Shown: positions 9,778 through 20,308, counted from the stretch's first letter. The stretch: 64,000 bases of DNA from Candidatus Woesearchaeota archaeon (GCA_037445145.1 JBBILB010000001.1:36637-100636), one strand, 5' to 3'. The notes: a model not told the origin generated them from the letters alone. Made by a program: numbers and translations.

Positions 9778-10854
9778 TTAAATATCTACAATGACTTCTC
9801 CAGTAGCTTCGTTGATTTCCTTTATCTGGGTAAATCTCTGCTTGACTTCATTCCAGCTTAGTTTTTTCTTTGCCTCAATAATTTCTGAAAGCAGTTTGTT
9901 TATTTCCTGGTAGTGCTCGTAAATGTATTCCCCTTTGCGCATTTCTTCCTCTGCCCTTTTCTCGAGCTCTGCAAGGTTTTTTTGCTGCATTGCAATCATT
10001 GTCTCGATTTTTTTGAGCTTTTCCTGCACTGGCGCTGTCTTTTGCTCCTTGACGGCCTCTGCAGGAAGCGCAAAAACCCTTGCAAGGGCTCCTCCAAAGG
10101 TTTCAACGTTCTCGCGTTTTTTGTTTGCGTAGCAGTCAAAAGGCACGGGTGTTGCGTCAACCACAATGCTTCCCTCGTAAATCAATTGTGGTGCTGGTTT
10201 TTGGGCAAGCATTTTTTGCAGTGCGTGCCAGATGTCATGGGCGTGCTCTTCCTTGACCTGCTCTGATGCAGAAATTCCGCACTTCACGCAGAGCTCTTCT
10301 GCAAGTGTTTTTCCCAGCCCGAACTGGACTGCAAGGGTTTTTGATATGTTTTCCTTGCTCTGCATCATTTTTTTGGCAAATTCCTTTTCGTCAAGGTGGA
10401 AGGTGTCAGTGCTTTTTGGCAGCTGGTATGTTTTGCCGCGCTGCACCCTTTCATTTAGGGCAAGTGCTGAAATGACAACATTGTCAGCGCTGCAAATCAC
10501 AGCGTTTCCCCTTCCAAATATTTCAAGATACAAAACAAACTGCTTTTCAGACCGAGTAACGTGAATTGCGAGTATTCTTTCAGAACAAACCTGCTCAATG
10601 TGTGTTATCCTGCTGTTGCCAATCAGTTTTCTGAGCTGTGCTGCAAAAGGGTGTATTTTTTCAGGCGTTGCTGGCTTTTCAGCAGGAATCCAGCACTTGC
10701 CGGGCATTGCCTGAAGTATTGTTTTTGTGCCAAAGGTAAGCAGTATGCCCCTGTCTTCAAGTACATAAATCTTGTCAAGCCTTTCATTGACCAATTGCTG
10801 TAATTCCTTAACAAGGAATTTGAGGTCAAATGCTGTTATTTCGGTTTTTGTCAT
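9778..10854 (-). CDS. NFACT-N domain protein (RqcH/NEMF/Tae2-like, short form lacking NFACT-R)
   Basis: N-terminal ~140 aa follow the NFACT-N pattern (FDLKFLVKEL...IYVLEDRGILLTF...FGRGNAVI). C-terminal coiled coil. Confidence 0.5.
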   Translation of the reverse strand: MTKTEITAFDLKFLVKELQQLVNERLDKIYVLEDRGILLTFGTKTILQAMPGKCWIPAEKPATPEKIHPFAAQLRKLIGNSRITHIEQVCSERILAIHVTRSEKQFVLYLEIFGRGNAVICSADNVVISALALNERVQRGKTYQLPKSTDTFHLDEKEFAKKMMQSKENISKTLAVQFGLGKTLAEELCVKCGISASEQVKEEHAHDIWHALQKMLAQKPAPQLIYEGSIVVDATPVPFDCYANKKRENVETFGGALARVFALPAEAVKEQKTAPVQEKLKKIETMIAMQQKNLAELEKRAEEEMRKGEYIYEHYQEINKLLSEIIEAKKKLSWNEVKQRFTQIKEINEATGEVIVDI

Positions 10855-11228
10855 GCAGCTTTGCCAAGCCCGATGAGCGTGACTCCAACCAGTATGCAGG
10901 CGATCCCGATTATTTTGTTTTTTGTTATGCGCTCATTGAGCAGTTTTGTTGAAATAAGGCATGTCCAGATGTAAGAGAGCGATGTCAGGGGGTAAAGCAC
11001 TGAAAGCTCGCCATACTGCAGGCCAATCACAAATATTATTGAGGAGACAAAAAAGAATCCGCAACCGATGAATGCCTTGTAGCTCTTTAACAGTATTAAA
11101 GGGTCTTTCAGGATTTTGAAAGGGTTGAGTGTGAATTTTGCAGAGCCCATTTTCATGAAAACAGGCCCCCATGCTGAGATGAGCGTGGCAGAGACAACAA
11201 TGAGTATTCCTATCAGCGTGTCGTTCAT
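10851..11228 (-). CDS. 4-TM SMR/EamA-type half-transporter (ArnE/ArnF-like)
   Basis: 125 aa with four hydrophobic helices. Overlaps its paralog by 4 nt. Confidence 0.5.
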   Translation of the reverse strand: MNDTLIGILIVVSATLISAWGPVFMKMGSAKFTLNPFKILKDPLILLKSYKAFIGCGFFFVSSIIFVIGLQYGELSVLYPLTSLSYIWTCLISTKLLNERITKNKIIGIACILVGVTLIGLGKAA

Positions 11229-11581
11229 GGAGCAACCCCGTGCTTGTGCACGCCTTTCCCAAGCATTGCAACACCGACGATGATTGCAGCCATTCCTGAT
11301 AATTTGAATGTATTGAGCGGTTCTGCCAGGTAAAATGCTGACAAAAGGCTTACCCAGATGTAGTTGGAGGAATACATGGGGTAAAGCACAGAAACTTCTC
11401 CGCCCTTGAATGATATTATCAGGAGAAATGCCGCGATTATGTATGTTGCAAACCCAAGCAGCAGCGGGACATTGGTAATGATTTCAGGAAGCCTCATTGC
11501 GCCAAACTTCCACAATAATTGTGCTATAGAGGTAACGATTGTGCACACAATCACCAGCAAAATCGCGCTTGGCTTGGTCAT
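11225..11581 (-). CDS. 4-TM SMR/EamA-type half-transporter, paralog of the previous gene
   Basis: 118 aa with four helices, forming a heterodimer-style pair with 10851..11228. Confidence 0.5.
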   Translation of the reverse strand: MTKPSAILLVIVCTIVTSIAQLLWKFGAMRLPEIITNVPLLLGFATYIIAAFLLIISFKGGEVSVLYPMYSSNYIWVSLLSAFYLAEPLNTFKLSGMAAIIVGVAMLGKGVHKHGVAP

Positions 11582-13345
11582 TTACTCCTCGTACAGGAGC
11601 TGGATTATGAATGCGTACGCCGGCCTTGTGATGAAAACTCCGACTGATGCGCCTATTATTGTGGTGAGCGCAAAGCCCTTGAGCAGTCCTGCTCCTGCAA
11701 ACAATAATGGCAGCATTGCAACAACAACAGTGCAGTAGGCGCTGAATATTATGAAGAATGCGCGCTTGATTCTTTCCTTCCAGTTGTATGCTGCCTTTTC
11801 AAGCTCTTTCTTTAGCGCCTCGTCCATTATGACTATCTGGTCATTGACGCCTATTCCGACCGCAACAATGAGTCCTGCAATGGCTGCAAGGTCAAGGCTC
11901 CAGCCGAATAATGCGTACATGCCCATTGTGAGGATGACTTCGGTAAGGCTGCAGCCGATGATTGGCAGGGCTATCTTTATTTTGCGGTAATTGATTACAA
12001 GAATTATTGTGACAACTGCAACAGCAATCAGTCCTGCCATTAATGCGTTCCTGACAAACTGCGAACCAAGAGTGGGAGATATTGTGTCAATCCTTGCAAT
12101 GTCAAGCTTGACAGGCAGGCTTCCAGTTATGAGGACTGTCTGGAGGCGCTTCATGCTTTCAAGGGTTGCCCTTGTTGCCTCATCCCGCGTGGCTCCAAAG
12201 CCAGAGCCGGTGATTGCGATGTCTGTCACAGCCCTTCCCCTGAGGTCGTCTGCTATGTTGAGCTCGTCAACAAGCTGGTCGTCAAGGTAGAGCTTGAGCT
12301 GTTCGCTCAGGTAGTTGCCGCTGCGCTCAGTGATTATTTTGAGGTCTTTTGTTGCTTCTGCCTGTCTTTGCGCGGCCTCAGGGCTGAGGGAGATGCTAAA
12401 CATGAAGCCGCATGTCCACCCTCCCTGCACTGTGCCACACCCCCTTCTTGGGTCTATTCCGCTGCATTCTGCAGTACGGCAAACGTATGTTATGTCCTCT
12501 CCGCCGCGGAAGACTGTCTTGTTTGCTATTGTTGCCTCAAACTTGCCCTGCCTTGCCAGCAGGTCCTTGACTTCCTCTTCTGTTGCGCCTGCTATCTCGA
12601 CGAGTATGTACCTGTTTGGCTCTCCGAGGAATCCTGGCTTGTCCTGAACGGTTGTTACCACGATGTCGCTGAGCCCGTAAACGTTCAGGCGCTCCTTCAG
12701 GCTGTCAACCATCATGTTAAGCGTGTCAACAGGGACTGCCTCGGCAGGCCTCAGTAGAACCCTTGTTCCGCCCTGCAGGTCCAGCCCCTTGCGCAAATTT
12801 GTTGTTGGGGCATTGTCAACGCGCAGCCCTATGTTTTCAACTCCGACGGGTTCGCGAAGCACTTTTTCAACGAGCACGGTTTTGTTTATACTCTTGTTTA
12901 CAAGGACGATTGTGCCATTTACCGTCTCATTGACTTCCTCAATTACGGTTATTTCCTTTTCCTCCGTCTCATTGAGTTCTATTGTTTTGTATGCCTCTTT
13001 TACAACCAGCTTGTAAGTGCCTTTGTTTGTTTTTATCTGGATGGTCTGGTTGACTCGCAGTGTCTTGGTGAATGCATAATAATCATCCACGCTGTTCATT
13101 GGTTTGTTGTTTATGCTAATAATTACTTCCTTGGAAAATGGAGCTGCAGCAGGCTTTGGGTTTGCAATGCCTGCGATTGCTGCAGAGCTGTTTTTTGCAA
13201 CGCTCTTTATCATTACGCCTTTGTTCCAGAATTCAGGCCTTAGCGCGATGACCATAAATACAATTACTGCTATCAGAATGATTACGCGGATATTCAGGAG
13301 TGCTTTCTTAAGTTTGCCCATGCTGGCCTCCTTCCTTGCGCTCAA
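11582..13345 (-). CDS. secD: Protein-export membrane protein SecD
   Basis: N-terminal TM segment, large periplasmic-type domain and C-terminal 6-TM bundle. Followed by secF. Confidence 0.8.
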   Translation of the reverse strand: MSARKEASMGKLKKALLNIRVIILIAVIVFMVIALRPEFWNKGVMIKSVAKNSSAAIAGIANPKPAAAPFSKEVIISINNKPMNSVDDYYAFTKTLRVNQTIQIKTNKGTYKLVVKEAYKTIELNETEEKEITVIEEVNETVNGTIVLVNKSINKTVLVEKVLREPVGVENIGLRVDNAPTTNLRKGLDLQGGTRVLLRPAEAVPVDTLNMMVDSLKERLNVYGLSDIVVTTVQDKPGFLGEPNRYILVEIAGATEEEVKDLLARQGKFEATIANKTVFRGGEDITYVCRTAECSGIDPRRGCGTVQGGWTCGFMFSISLSPEAAQRQAEATKDLKIITERSGNYLSEQLKLYLDDQLVDELNIADDLRGRAVTDIAITGSGFGATRDEATRATLESMKRLQTVLITGSLPVKLDIARIDTISPTLGSQFVRNALMAGLIAVAVVTIILVINYRKIKIALPIIGCSLTEVILTMGMYALFGWSLDLAAIAGLIVAVGIGVNDQIVIMDEALKKELEKAAYNWKERIKRAFFIIFSAYCTVVVAMLPLLFAGAGLLKGFALTTIIGASVGVFITRPAYAFIIQLLYEE

Positions 13346-14207
13346 GATACCATCTCAGGATTCCTGCATTCTGGATCCAAGTATAAACTATGTCAAAGAG
13401 CGTTCCGATTGATATTATGAGCATGATTTGCTTGACCACGTCGGACTGTGTGTAAATATATCCTGCCATTGCAGCCCCAAATGCAGTCAATGACATCAGC
13501 ATTCCTGTGCGCATTGTTCCCACAGTGCGCTCAAAGATAGTGCCTTCCTTTCGCTTGAGGACCTTTGTTGTGAGGAGGATGTCTGTGTCAACAGAATAAC
13601 CTATGAGCATGAGGAGCGCTGCAACTCCTGCTGTTGAAAGCTTTATTCCGAGCATATCAATGGCGGCTATTGTGCTTAGGATGTCTGATACTGCGCAAAG
13701 TATTACGAAAGTGCTTGGCAGAAGGTTTCTGAAAGTGACAAACACTACTATGCTCATGAATATGAATGCCACAATGACTGCAATTATTGTCTGCCTGTAG
13801 AAGCTCTGGCCAAGCGACGAGCCCATTGTTTCAATAGAGAACTCGCCCTGCTCCATCGGTATGCCCTGGGCGCTGATGGCTGCGACAAGTTCGTCCTCGC
13901 CGACGTCAGCCGCTTCAATAATCAATGCCTTTATTTCCCCTGCCTCTGCTATGCTCCTGACGTTAATGTCCGCCTTGGGGAATTGCAATGACAGTGCTTT
14001 CTGCAGTGCGTGGATGTCTGCCTGTTCTACAGGGATTGTTATCGTAAGCCCTCCCTTGAGCGAAACGCCTTTTGAGACAAATTCGCCTGTCTGCGCCTTG
14101 TGGACAATAAGTACTGCAATGCAGGCAAAAAGCAGAAGGAAGCTCAGTATAAGGAGCTTCTTGTAGTGCTTGTCATAAATGTTCAAGAGGAATGACTTTA
14201 TTCCCAC
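13308..14207 (-). CDS. secF: Protein-export membrane protein SecF
   Basis: 299 aa with SecF topology. Overlaps secD. Confidence 0.8.
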   Translation of the reverse strand: MGIKSFLLNIYDKHYKKLLILSFLLLFACIAVLIVHKAQTGEFVSKGVSLKGGLTITIPVEQADIHALQKALSLQFPKADINVRSIAEAGEIKALIIEAADVGEDELVAAISAQGIPMEQGEFSIETMGSSLGQSFYRQTIIAVIVAFIFMSIVVFVTFRNLLPSTFVILCAVSDILSTIAAIDMLGIKLSTAGVAALLMLIGYSVDTDILLTTKVLKRKEGTIFERTVGTMRTGMLMSLTAFGAAMAGYIYTQSDVVKQIMLIISIGTLFDIVYTWIQNAGILRWYLERKEGGQHGQT

Positions 14208-14241
14208 ACTTTCACCAAGAAACTGGGTATGTGGTCAGTTT

Positions 14242-15864
14242 TTAAAGGTTGCTAATTCTGGCAAGGGCTGCTCTTACGAAGCCAAGGAACAGCGGGTTTG
14301 GTTTTTCAAGGTGTGAAGTGAGCTCGTTGTGTGCCTGTGTGGCAACAAAATAAGGGTGTTCTGGAAGCTCAATGAATTCAGCAAGCAGCCCATCAGGCGA
14401 GATGCCGCTGAGCCTCATTCCTCCTGCGCGCAGTTTGTCATGATATGCAGGGTTTACCTCGTACCTGTGCCTGTGGCGCTCAAATGCTTCTGCCGCGTTG
14501 TACAATTGCCTGACAATGCTTCCTTCCTCAAGCACTGCCCTGCATGCTCCGAGCCGCATTGTGCCTCCCATTGCGGTAATGTTTTTTTGTTCCGGCAATA
14601 AGTCAATGACTGGGTGCTGCGTCCTGGGCTCTATCTCTGTTGTGTGCGCGCCGGCGAGCCCGCATACGTTTCTTGCGAATTCAACAACTGCGAGCTGGAA
14701 GCCGTAGCAGATTCCGAGATAGGGGACTTTGTTCTCCCTTGCGTATCTTATCACTGCTATTTTGCCTTCAACACCCCTTTTTCCAAACCCGCCTGGAACA
14801 AGAATTCCCTGTGTTCCTTTCAGCGCCTCCTCAACTGTTGTTTTTCCGCACTCAATGTCTGTTGTTTCCACCCATTTCAGTTTGATTCTTGCATCGCAGT
14901 GCGCTCCTGCGTGAATCAATGCCTCTATTATGCTCGCGTACGAGTCCTTGAGGGCTGTGTATTTGCCGCACACGGCGATTGTTGTTTCGTTTTTTGGATT
15001 CTTTATTTTGTTGACAAGCGCCTGCCATTCTTCCATTTCAGCCCTGTGCCTTAAAAGTAGCCGGTTGTTTAGTATTTCAAGCAGCCCTTCTTTTAGGAAC
15101 ACAAGCGGCACTTCGTAAATGTTTTCAACATCAGCCCCGCTTATCACGTGCGAGGGGTCAATGTCGCAAAAGAGGGATATTTTTTCCTTGACATGTTGCG
15201 GAAGGGCGCCCCTGCTCCTGCAGATTATTACATCAGGGGTTATTCCCTTTTCCCTAAGGAGGGCTACGTCTCTCTGGGCAATCTTGGTTTTTGGCTCGCC
15301 CACGGAATGAAGGAATGGCACGTATGTGAGGTGGACGTATGCTATGTTCTCGTGCCCTACGTCCTTCTTGAGCTGTCTTGCTGCTTCGACAAACCAGCTG
15401 TTCTCTATGTCGCCTACGGTTCCGCCGATTTCGAGAAGGACTATGTCCGGCTGTTCCTGCCTGACAAGTGAGAATATCCATTCCTTGATTTCATTGATGA
15501 CGTGGGGGAATATCTGTATTGTTTTTCCAAGATACTGACCCTTGCGCTCTTTTGCTATTACCCTGTTGAATACTTTTCCTGACGTGAGGTTCCAGTCGAA
15601 CTTGCACTGCACGCCGATAAAGCGCTCATAGTGTCCAAAATCCATATCAACCTCTCCGCCGTCATTAAGCACATACACCTCTCCGTGCTCAATAGGGTTC
15701 ATTGTGCCGGGATCAACGTTGAGATAGCCGTCGCACTTTATGCAAATGATTTTCCCGTGGTTTTTGAGAAGCCTTCCGATTGATGCTGTTGCGACTCCCT
15801 TGCCAAGCCCTGAAAGAACTCCTCCTGTTATTACGACAAACTTGGTTAGGTGCATACCTGACAA
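14242..15864 (-). CDS. pyrG: CTP synthase
   Basis: N-terminal synthetase domain (VITGGVLSGLGKG) and C-terminal glutamine amidotransferase (GICYGFQ). Confidence 0.9.
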   Translation of the reverse strand: MSGMHLTKFVVITGGVLSGLGKGVATASIGRLLKNHGKIICIKCDGYLNVDPGTMNPIEHGEVYVLNDGGEVDMDFGHYERFIGVQCKFDWNLTSGKVFNRVIAKERKGQYLGKTIQIFPHVINEIKEWIFSLVRQEQPDIVLLEIGGTVGDIENSWFVEAARQLKKDVGHENIAYVHLTYVPFLHSVGEPKTKIAQRDVALLREKGITPDVIICRSRGALPQHVKEKISLFCDIDPSHVISGADVENIYEVPLVFLKEGLLEILNNRLLLRHRAEMEEWQALVNKIKNPKNETTIAVCGKYTALKDSYASIIEALIHAGAHCDARIKLKWVETTDIECGKTTVEEALKGTQGILVPGGFGKRGVEGKIAVIRYARENKVPYLGICYGFQLAVVEFARNVCGLAGAHTTEIEPRTQHPVIDLLPEQKNITAMGGTMRLGACRAVLEEGSIVRQLYNAAEAFERHRHRYEVNPAYHDKLRAGGMRLSGISPDGLLAEFIELPEHPYFVATQAHNELTSHLEKPNPLFLGFVRAALARISNL

Positions 15865-15909
15865 AAATGCCTGTGGTTTAAATGCTTTTGTAGTCTCCAG
15901 AACAACACA

Positions 15910-16470
15910 TCAGGAAAATGCCTGCCACAATCCTGAATACACTTTCCATCCGTCAAAGCCAGGCACTGGAAGCATGTTTAGCACGAACAGCAGCAGGTTT
16001 ATCCTTTGCGTGATGAACCAAAAAGCAAACCATCTCCTGTCGCGTATTCTCCTGTACCTGAGCACAAGCCATGCTGTCACAAAGAGCGCCAGGTTTACTG
16101 CAGGCCCTGCAAATTCTATAACTGCCGAGTCCAGAGGGGGGATTATGCACGGCAGGCTTGCGCAGCTGATTGCAACATATGCCGGCACAAAGAATATGAA
16201 CGGCGAGTGCGCAAGCCTGAGCAGCACACCTATGCCAAGGAAGATGTATGCTGCGTGAAATGTTGCATTCAAGCCAAAGCCAATCGCGACAAACTTGTGG
16301 CTGAGCTCATGCAAAATCAAAGCAGGTGCTGTCACAAGGCAGGCAAACCACAACGCGCGCCAATTGAATGTTGTCCTGTATCCGTGTGGAATAAATAACA
16401 TCATGAATATGTAGCCCACTGCGGTTGTCATGAGTGCCATGTCAAAGAGTTCAGTGAGTGAAAGCAGCAT
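15910..16470 (-). CDS. Site-2-protease-like (M50 family) minimal intramembrane metalloprotease
   Basis: HELSHK (HExxH) lies in a TM helix with an LNMLPVPGFDG motif in a later helix. 186 aa. Confidence 0.55.
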   Translation of the reverse strand: MLLSLTELFDMALMTTAVGYIFMMLFIPHGYRTTFNWRALWFACLVTAPALILHELSHKFVAIGFGLNATFHAAYIFLGIGVLLRLAHSPFIFFVPAYVAISCASLPCIIPPLDSAVIEFAGPAVNLALFVTAWLVLRYRRIRDRRWFAFWFITQRINLLLFVLNMLPVPGFDGWKVYSGLWQAFS

Positions 16471-16503
16471 ATTCCGGAAGTTCGCCAGAAGGGTTTATAA
16501 GTC

Positions 16504-17460
16504 TTACTTGAGAAGGTGTGATTTCAGCCGCTGGTCAATTTCAAACAGTACGCGTTCAAAGTTCTCGCGCGTCACTGACGGGAACTGGGCAAGCCTTGCA
16601 CCTGCGGCATAACTGTGCCCCCCTCCGCCGAATAATCTTGCTATTTCTGCAAGGTTAAGCTGGCAGGTGTCGCGCTTCCTGAAGCTTATCCTGCCGTTCC
16701 TGTAAAGAACTACAGAGACGTCAACGCCGGCATGGGTGTCAAGGATGTGCTGCCCTGCGTCAGACGACGGCAGTATTGATGGCGCGAGCGTGAATCCGAA
16801 ATTGAAGCCTGTTATGTTCTTGACCGCCAAGTGCATGATTATGTCCTGCATTGCGTGCTGTTTTTTTCTTAGGTATTCCTGCCTTAATTGCTCAAACTTT
16901 TCTGACCAGAGAATGCCTTTTGACAAGGACTCAATCAGCTCTTTTGGCTCGATTCCTGAAGCAATGAGGTCTGCGAGCTGGACCGCCCTTTTGTCTGTGC
17001 GCTCCCAAAACTCAATGTCGTGTGCTATTTCGGCAAGCTCTTTTGCAACATTGTCGTTCGGCAAGAACCTGCGCTGTGTTAGTTCTGCCGCGCAGATTTT
17101 TTCTTTTGGGAGTGGCGCATAATGCAGCGGTCCTGACAGCTCGACAGTGTGGGTGTGCCTTGACAAAACAAGTCCATCAGCCTCTGAGTGCGGGTGGTGG
17201 CTGTTCCAGTACGCAATCCTGTTCCTCACTGTTATTGCGCTGAGCTTTGGCTCGAGTGCTGCAACAGTGTCAGGCAAAAAGTCAAGGATGAATATGAGGT
17301 CTCCGCTCAGGTTCTGCATTGCCGAGAACTGCTCGTCTGCGTTTTCAAAGTTGAGAATTCCGCCAAGCCTGGCATCGTGCCCCCTTAGGCAGGATGCCCT
17401 GAACACTATCGCTGCTGATGCGAGCCCGTCCAGCTGCTGGGAACAGTAGACGACGTGCAT
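16504..17460 (-). CDS. DHH/DHHA1-family phosphoesterase (NrnA/RecJ-like)
   Basis: C-terminal GGGGH(S) DHHA1 motif with an N-terminal DHH-like domain. Confidence 0.6.
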   Translation of the reverse strand: MHVVYCSQQLDGLASAAIVFRASCLRGHDARLGGILNFENADEQFSAMQNLSGDLIFILDFLPDTVAALEPKLSAITVRNRIAYWNSHHPHSEADGLVLSRHTHTVELSGPLHYAPLPKEKICAAELTQRRFLPNDNVAKELAEIAHDIEFWERTDKRAVQLADLIASGIEPKELIESLSKGILWSEKFEQLRQEYLRKKQHAMQDIIMHLAVKNITGFNFGFTLAPSILPSSDAGQHILDTHAGVDVSVVLYRNGRISFRKRDTCQLNLAEIARLFGGGGHSYAAGARLAQFPSVTRENFERVLFEIDQRLKSHLLK

Positions 17461-17491
17461 GAGCCCTGTTAAGTGTTTGCGCTATATAAAA

Positions 17492-18118
17492 CTACGGCAT
17501 TATTCTGTAAAAATGGTATAGCACGCGGTCAACTGCTTTTATGAGTTCAAGCCCGCTCCCTTCTATAATTAGGCAGTTGCCGTCAAGCGTAACTTTTGGC
17601 TGTTCTTTAATCCTGACGTAAAACACAGCCTTGTCATCGTCATCGCACGTGATTATTGGATGGCCTGCGCAAAGCTCAGAAATGTTTTTTGTGCATGCAG
17701 TGATGACCTCGTTGCCCATTCCCCTTGACCAGCTGAGCCCGAGTTCTGCAAATGCTAGGGCAAGGTATTTGAAGTCTGTATTGTTTGAGCTGTTCGAGCT
17801 GTTTGAGTCAGGGTCAAATGTCAGGTAATAAGGCTGCCTGAGGAATGTTTCGTTGAGCCCGCCGCCAGTGGGCACTTTTTCAACCTCAAGCGGGCTGTAG
17901 CGCAGGCTGACATCAAAAACCTGGCCATCGCTTCGCTGCCATAGGGTATGCCACATTCCGTCAGTTTGGTTGTAAAACTCAAAATTGTTGTAGATAAGGT
18001 CGGGCTTGTTTTCGCGCGGCTTGTGCATTGCCTTGTAAGCAAAAACGGCTGACGCGACGAGGATTATGACAACGATTGTTACGGTCAGGATGTTTTTGTC
18101 AATTTTTATTTGCACCAC
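17492..18118 (-). CDS. N-terminally anchored extracellular protein, paralog B (hypothetical)
   Basis: TM helix followed by an ectodomain with multiple N-x-S/T sequons. The likely GTG start overlaps the stop of the upstream paralog, and the C-terminal ~60 aa align with 18118..18687. Confidence 0.35.
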   Translation of the reverse strand: MVQIKIDKNILTVTIVVIILVASAVFAYKAMHKPRENKPDLIYNNFEFYNQTDGMWHTLWQRSDGQVFDVSLRYSPLEVEKVPTGGGLNETFLRQPYYLTFDPDSNSSNSSNNTDFKYLALAFAELGLSWSRGMGNEVITACTKNISELCAGHPIITCDDDDKAVFYVRIKEQPKVTLDGNCLIIEGSGLELIKAVDRVLYHFYRIMP

Positions 18119-18687
18119 TACTTCATCACCTTTAGTTCGTGGTAGATGATGCGGTCTCCAAGCCTGTAAATATCCCTTGCATTGTCTGCTGTTGCAATAA
18201 TGCATCCGTCAGTGTGCTCAATGATTGTCTCGTTGCCTGACTGCATAATGATTACCGGCACTTCCATCGTGGCGTTTGAGCAGTTTATTTGGGGCAATTG
18301 GTAGTCTGTGTTGTCTGTGAGCGCCCTTTGCACGTAAACGTTCGCCCATTTGCCCAGTGAGTCTTCCATATAAAACATTGCGTCTGCGATGTTTGTGGAG
18401 TAAATGTCATTGGGATTGTACGAAAACCAAACCACGCGCGGCCCGTCAAGCGCGACTGCCGCACCCCTGTCAAATGGTATGTCTTCAAGCTCTGCAGGAT
18501 GGTAAAAGAACTGCATTTTCACGTCATTTATCTTTGCCTGCCAGCCCCGCTGCGTCCGGGTGAACTTTATGCCATTGTATTCTGCCTGCTGCCCTGGCTC
18601 TGTGAAAGTGAGCGCAAATCCGATAACGCTGAGTACCATTATTGCCGCGATGAACAACGACAGCCCGGTCTTCCTGTCAAACTGCAT
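18118..18687 (-). CDS. N-terminally anchored extracellular protein, paralog A (hypothetical)
   Basis: Signal-anchor, then a C-terminal block CIIATADNARDIYRLGDRIIYH similar to CLIIEGSG..VDRVLYHFYRI in the neighbouring gene. Confidence 0.35.
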   Translation of the reverse strand: MQFDRKTGLSLFIAAIMVLSVIGFALTFTEPGQQAEYNGIKFTRTQRGWQAKINDVKMQFFYHPAELEDIPFDRGAAVALDGPRVVWFSYNPNDIYSTNIADAMFYMEDSLGKWANVYVQRALTDNTDYQLPQINCSNATMEVPVIIMQSGNETIIEHTDGCIIATADNARDIYRLGDRIIYHELKVMK

Positions 18688-18732
18688 ATGCGGGCATCAC
18701 AAGCGGCTGAATAAAAGCTTTTTGGATGAATT

Positions 18733-20286
18733 TCACAATAATGCCGCAATAAGCCCTGCCAATAGCGCATAGCCGATTGCTGGCAGCAGGTTTATCCTTA
18801 TGATGCGTCCTTCTTCGCCGTGCAGGCCGACAGTGGCAGAAGCCGCAATCACGTTGTGCACTGCAATCATGTTGCCGACTGCTCCGCCGACGTTCTGCAG
18901 AGCCAGTATCAGGATTGGTGAGAGCCCGACTGCAACTGCAGTTTCAAGCTGGAAAGTGCCGAACAAAAGGTTTGATACTGTGTTGCTTCCTGCTATGAAG
19001 GAGCCGAGCAGTCCGAGGATTGGTGATAAATAAACGAACATTTTTCCAAAACCCGCGAGCGCATCGCCGATTATGGCAGGCATGCTTGCCAGCCCTGAAA
19101 GGTTGTTGCCTGAATTCATTATTAATTGCACTGATGCAACTGCAAAAACAAGCGCTATTGCGGGATTTTTTAACGGCTTGAATGCATTCGCGACTGATGA
19201 AGTAATAGCTCTTCCTGAAAGCCTGTACAAACACCACGTAATTACACAAACAGCCAAAAACAGGAATCCTGGCGAATAAATTGGCGTGAATGTGTAGTCA
19301 GCTCCTGGAATGCGTATTGCCACTTTTTTCATCAAGTCGCCAATTCCCAGCTCCCTGATCCTTGTTATTACCAGCAATATGCCCAGGAACGTGTAGGGGA
19401 AGAACGCCTTCCATACGGGCAATTTCGATGAATAAACCGCTTTTTTTGTCTTATGCCCGCCAAAAGTCCATGAATGTTTTGGAACAAAAAAACCGGCGCG
19501 CGTGGTAATGGCAAGAATTGCAAGCCCAATAACGCCCCCGAGTATGGAAGGCACTTCCGGACCAAAAAATTTGGCAGAAAAATAATAGGGGATTGTGAAG
19601 CACAAGCCCGCCCATATTGCGTAAGGCGCGATGGCAAGCCCATCTTTCCACGACTTGTTTTTCCCAAAAAACCTTGTTAATATGCAGACCATCATTAAAG
19701 GCACGAGAGTTCCAATAGTTGCGTGAATCAACGCGGTTGTGACAGCAATGCTTGGGAGAATGTTTTTCATGCCTTCCGGAAGTATTGTGCTGATTCCGAG
19801 AATTATTGGTGTTCCTGCTGCGCCAAATGATACCGCTGTGCTGTTTGCAACCAATGATACTATGACTGCTGCTATTGCCGGAAAGCCGATGGATGCCAGT
19901 AATGGCGCTGCCAGTGCTGCAGGCGTGCCGAATCCTGCTGCTCCCTCAATAAAGCTGCCGAAAAGCCAGGCAACAAGGATTGCCTGAAGTCTTCTATCGC
20001 CTGATAATGAAGCAAGTGTGTTGTTTATTGTTTCTATCGCCTTGCTTTTTTGTAGTGTCCGCAGGAGCAGCAAAGCGCCGAATACGATGAACAATATGTC
20101 AATTGCAACCAGCAAACCCTTCAATGAGGATGCAATGATGCTTGTGACAGGAACCGCCCAGACAAAGATGCTAAGAACCGCTGTTATGAACCATGCTACA
20201 GGCATTGCCCTGCTTGCCGGCCACTTCATTATCACGATTAGCAAAAATATCAGGATTATCGGCAATAACGCGTATAACAGCAGCAT
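18733..20286 (-). CDS. L-lactate permease (LctP family)
   Basis: 517 aa, ~14 TM helices, LctP-like sequence throughout. Confidence 0.75.
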   Translation of the reverse strand: MLLLYALLPIILIFLLIVIMKWPASRAMPVAWFITAVLSIFVWAVPVTSIIASSLKGLLVAIDILFIVFGALLLLRTLQKSKAIETINNTLASLSGDRRLQAILVAWLFGSFIEGAAGFGTPAALAAPLLASIGFPAIAAVIVSLVANSTAVSFGAAGTPIILGISTILPEGMKNILPSIAVTTALIHATIGTLVPLMMVCILTRFFGKNKSWKDGLAIAPYAIWAGLCFTIPYYFSAKFFGPEVPSILGGVIGLAILAITTRAGFFVPKHSWTFGGHKTKKAVYSSKLPVWKAFFPYTFLGILLVITRIRELGIGDLMKKVAIRIPGADYTFTPIYSPGFLFLAVCVITWCLYRLSGRAITSSVANAFKPLKNPAIALVFAVASVQLIMNSGNNLSGLASMPAIIGDALAGFGKMFVYLSPILGLLGSFIAGSNTVSNLLFGTFQLETAVAVGLSPILILALQNVGGAVGNMIAVHNVIAASATVGLHGEEGRIIRINLLPAIGYALLAGLIAALL

Positions 20287-20308
20287 TTGTCATCCTCTTT
20301 TTGATTTA

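Noticed and set aside
9524-9781. 85-aa ORF
   Set aside because: It spans the 5S rRNA gene.
12315-13016. Multiple plus-strand ORFs of 100-130 aa
   Set aside because: They are antisense shadows inside secD, which is the clearly coding strand.
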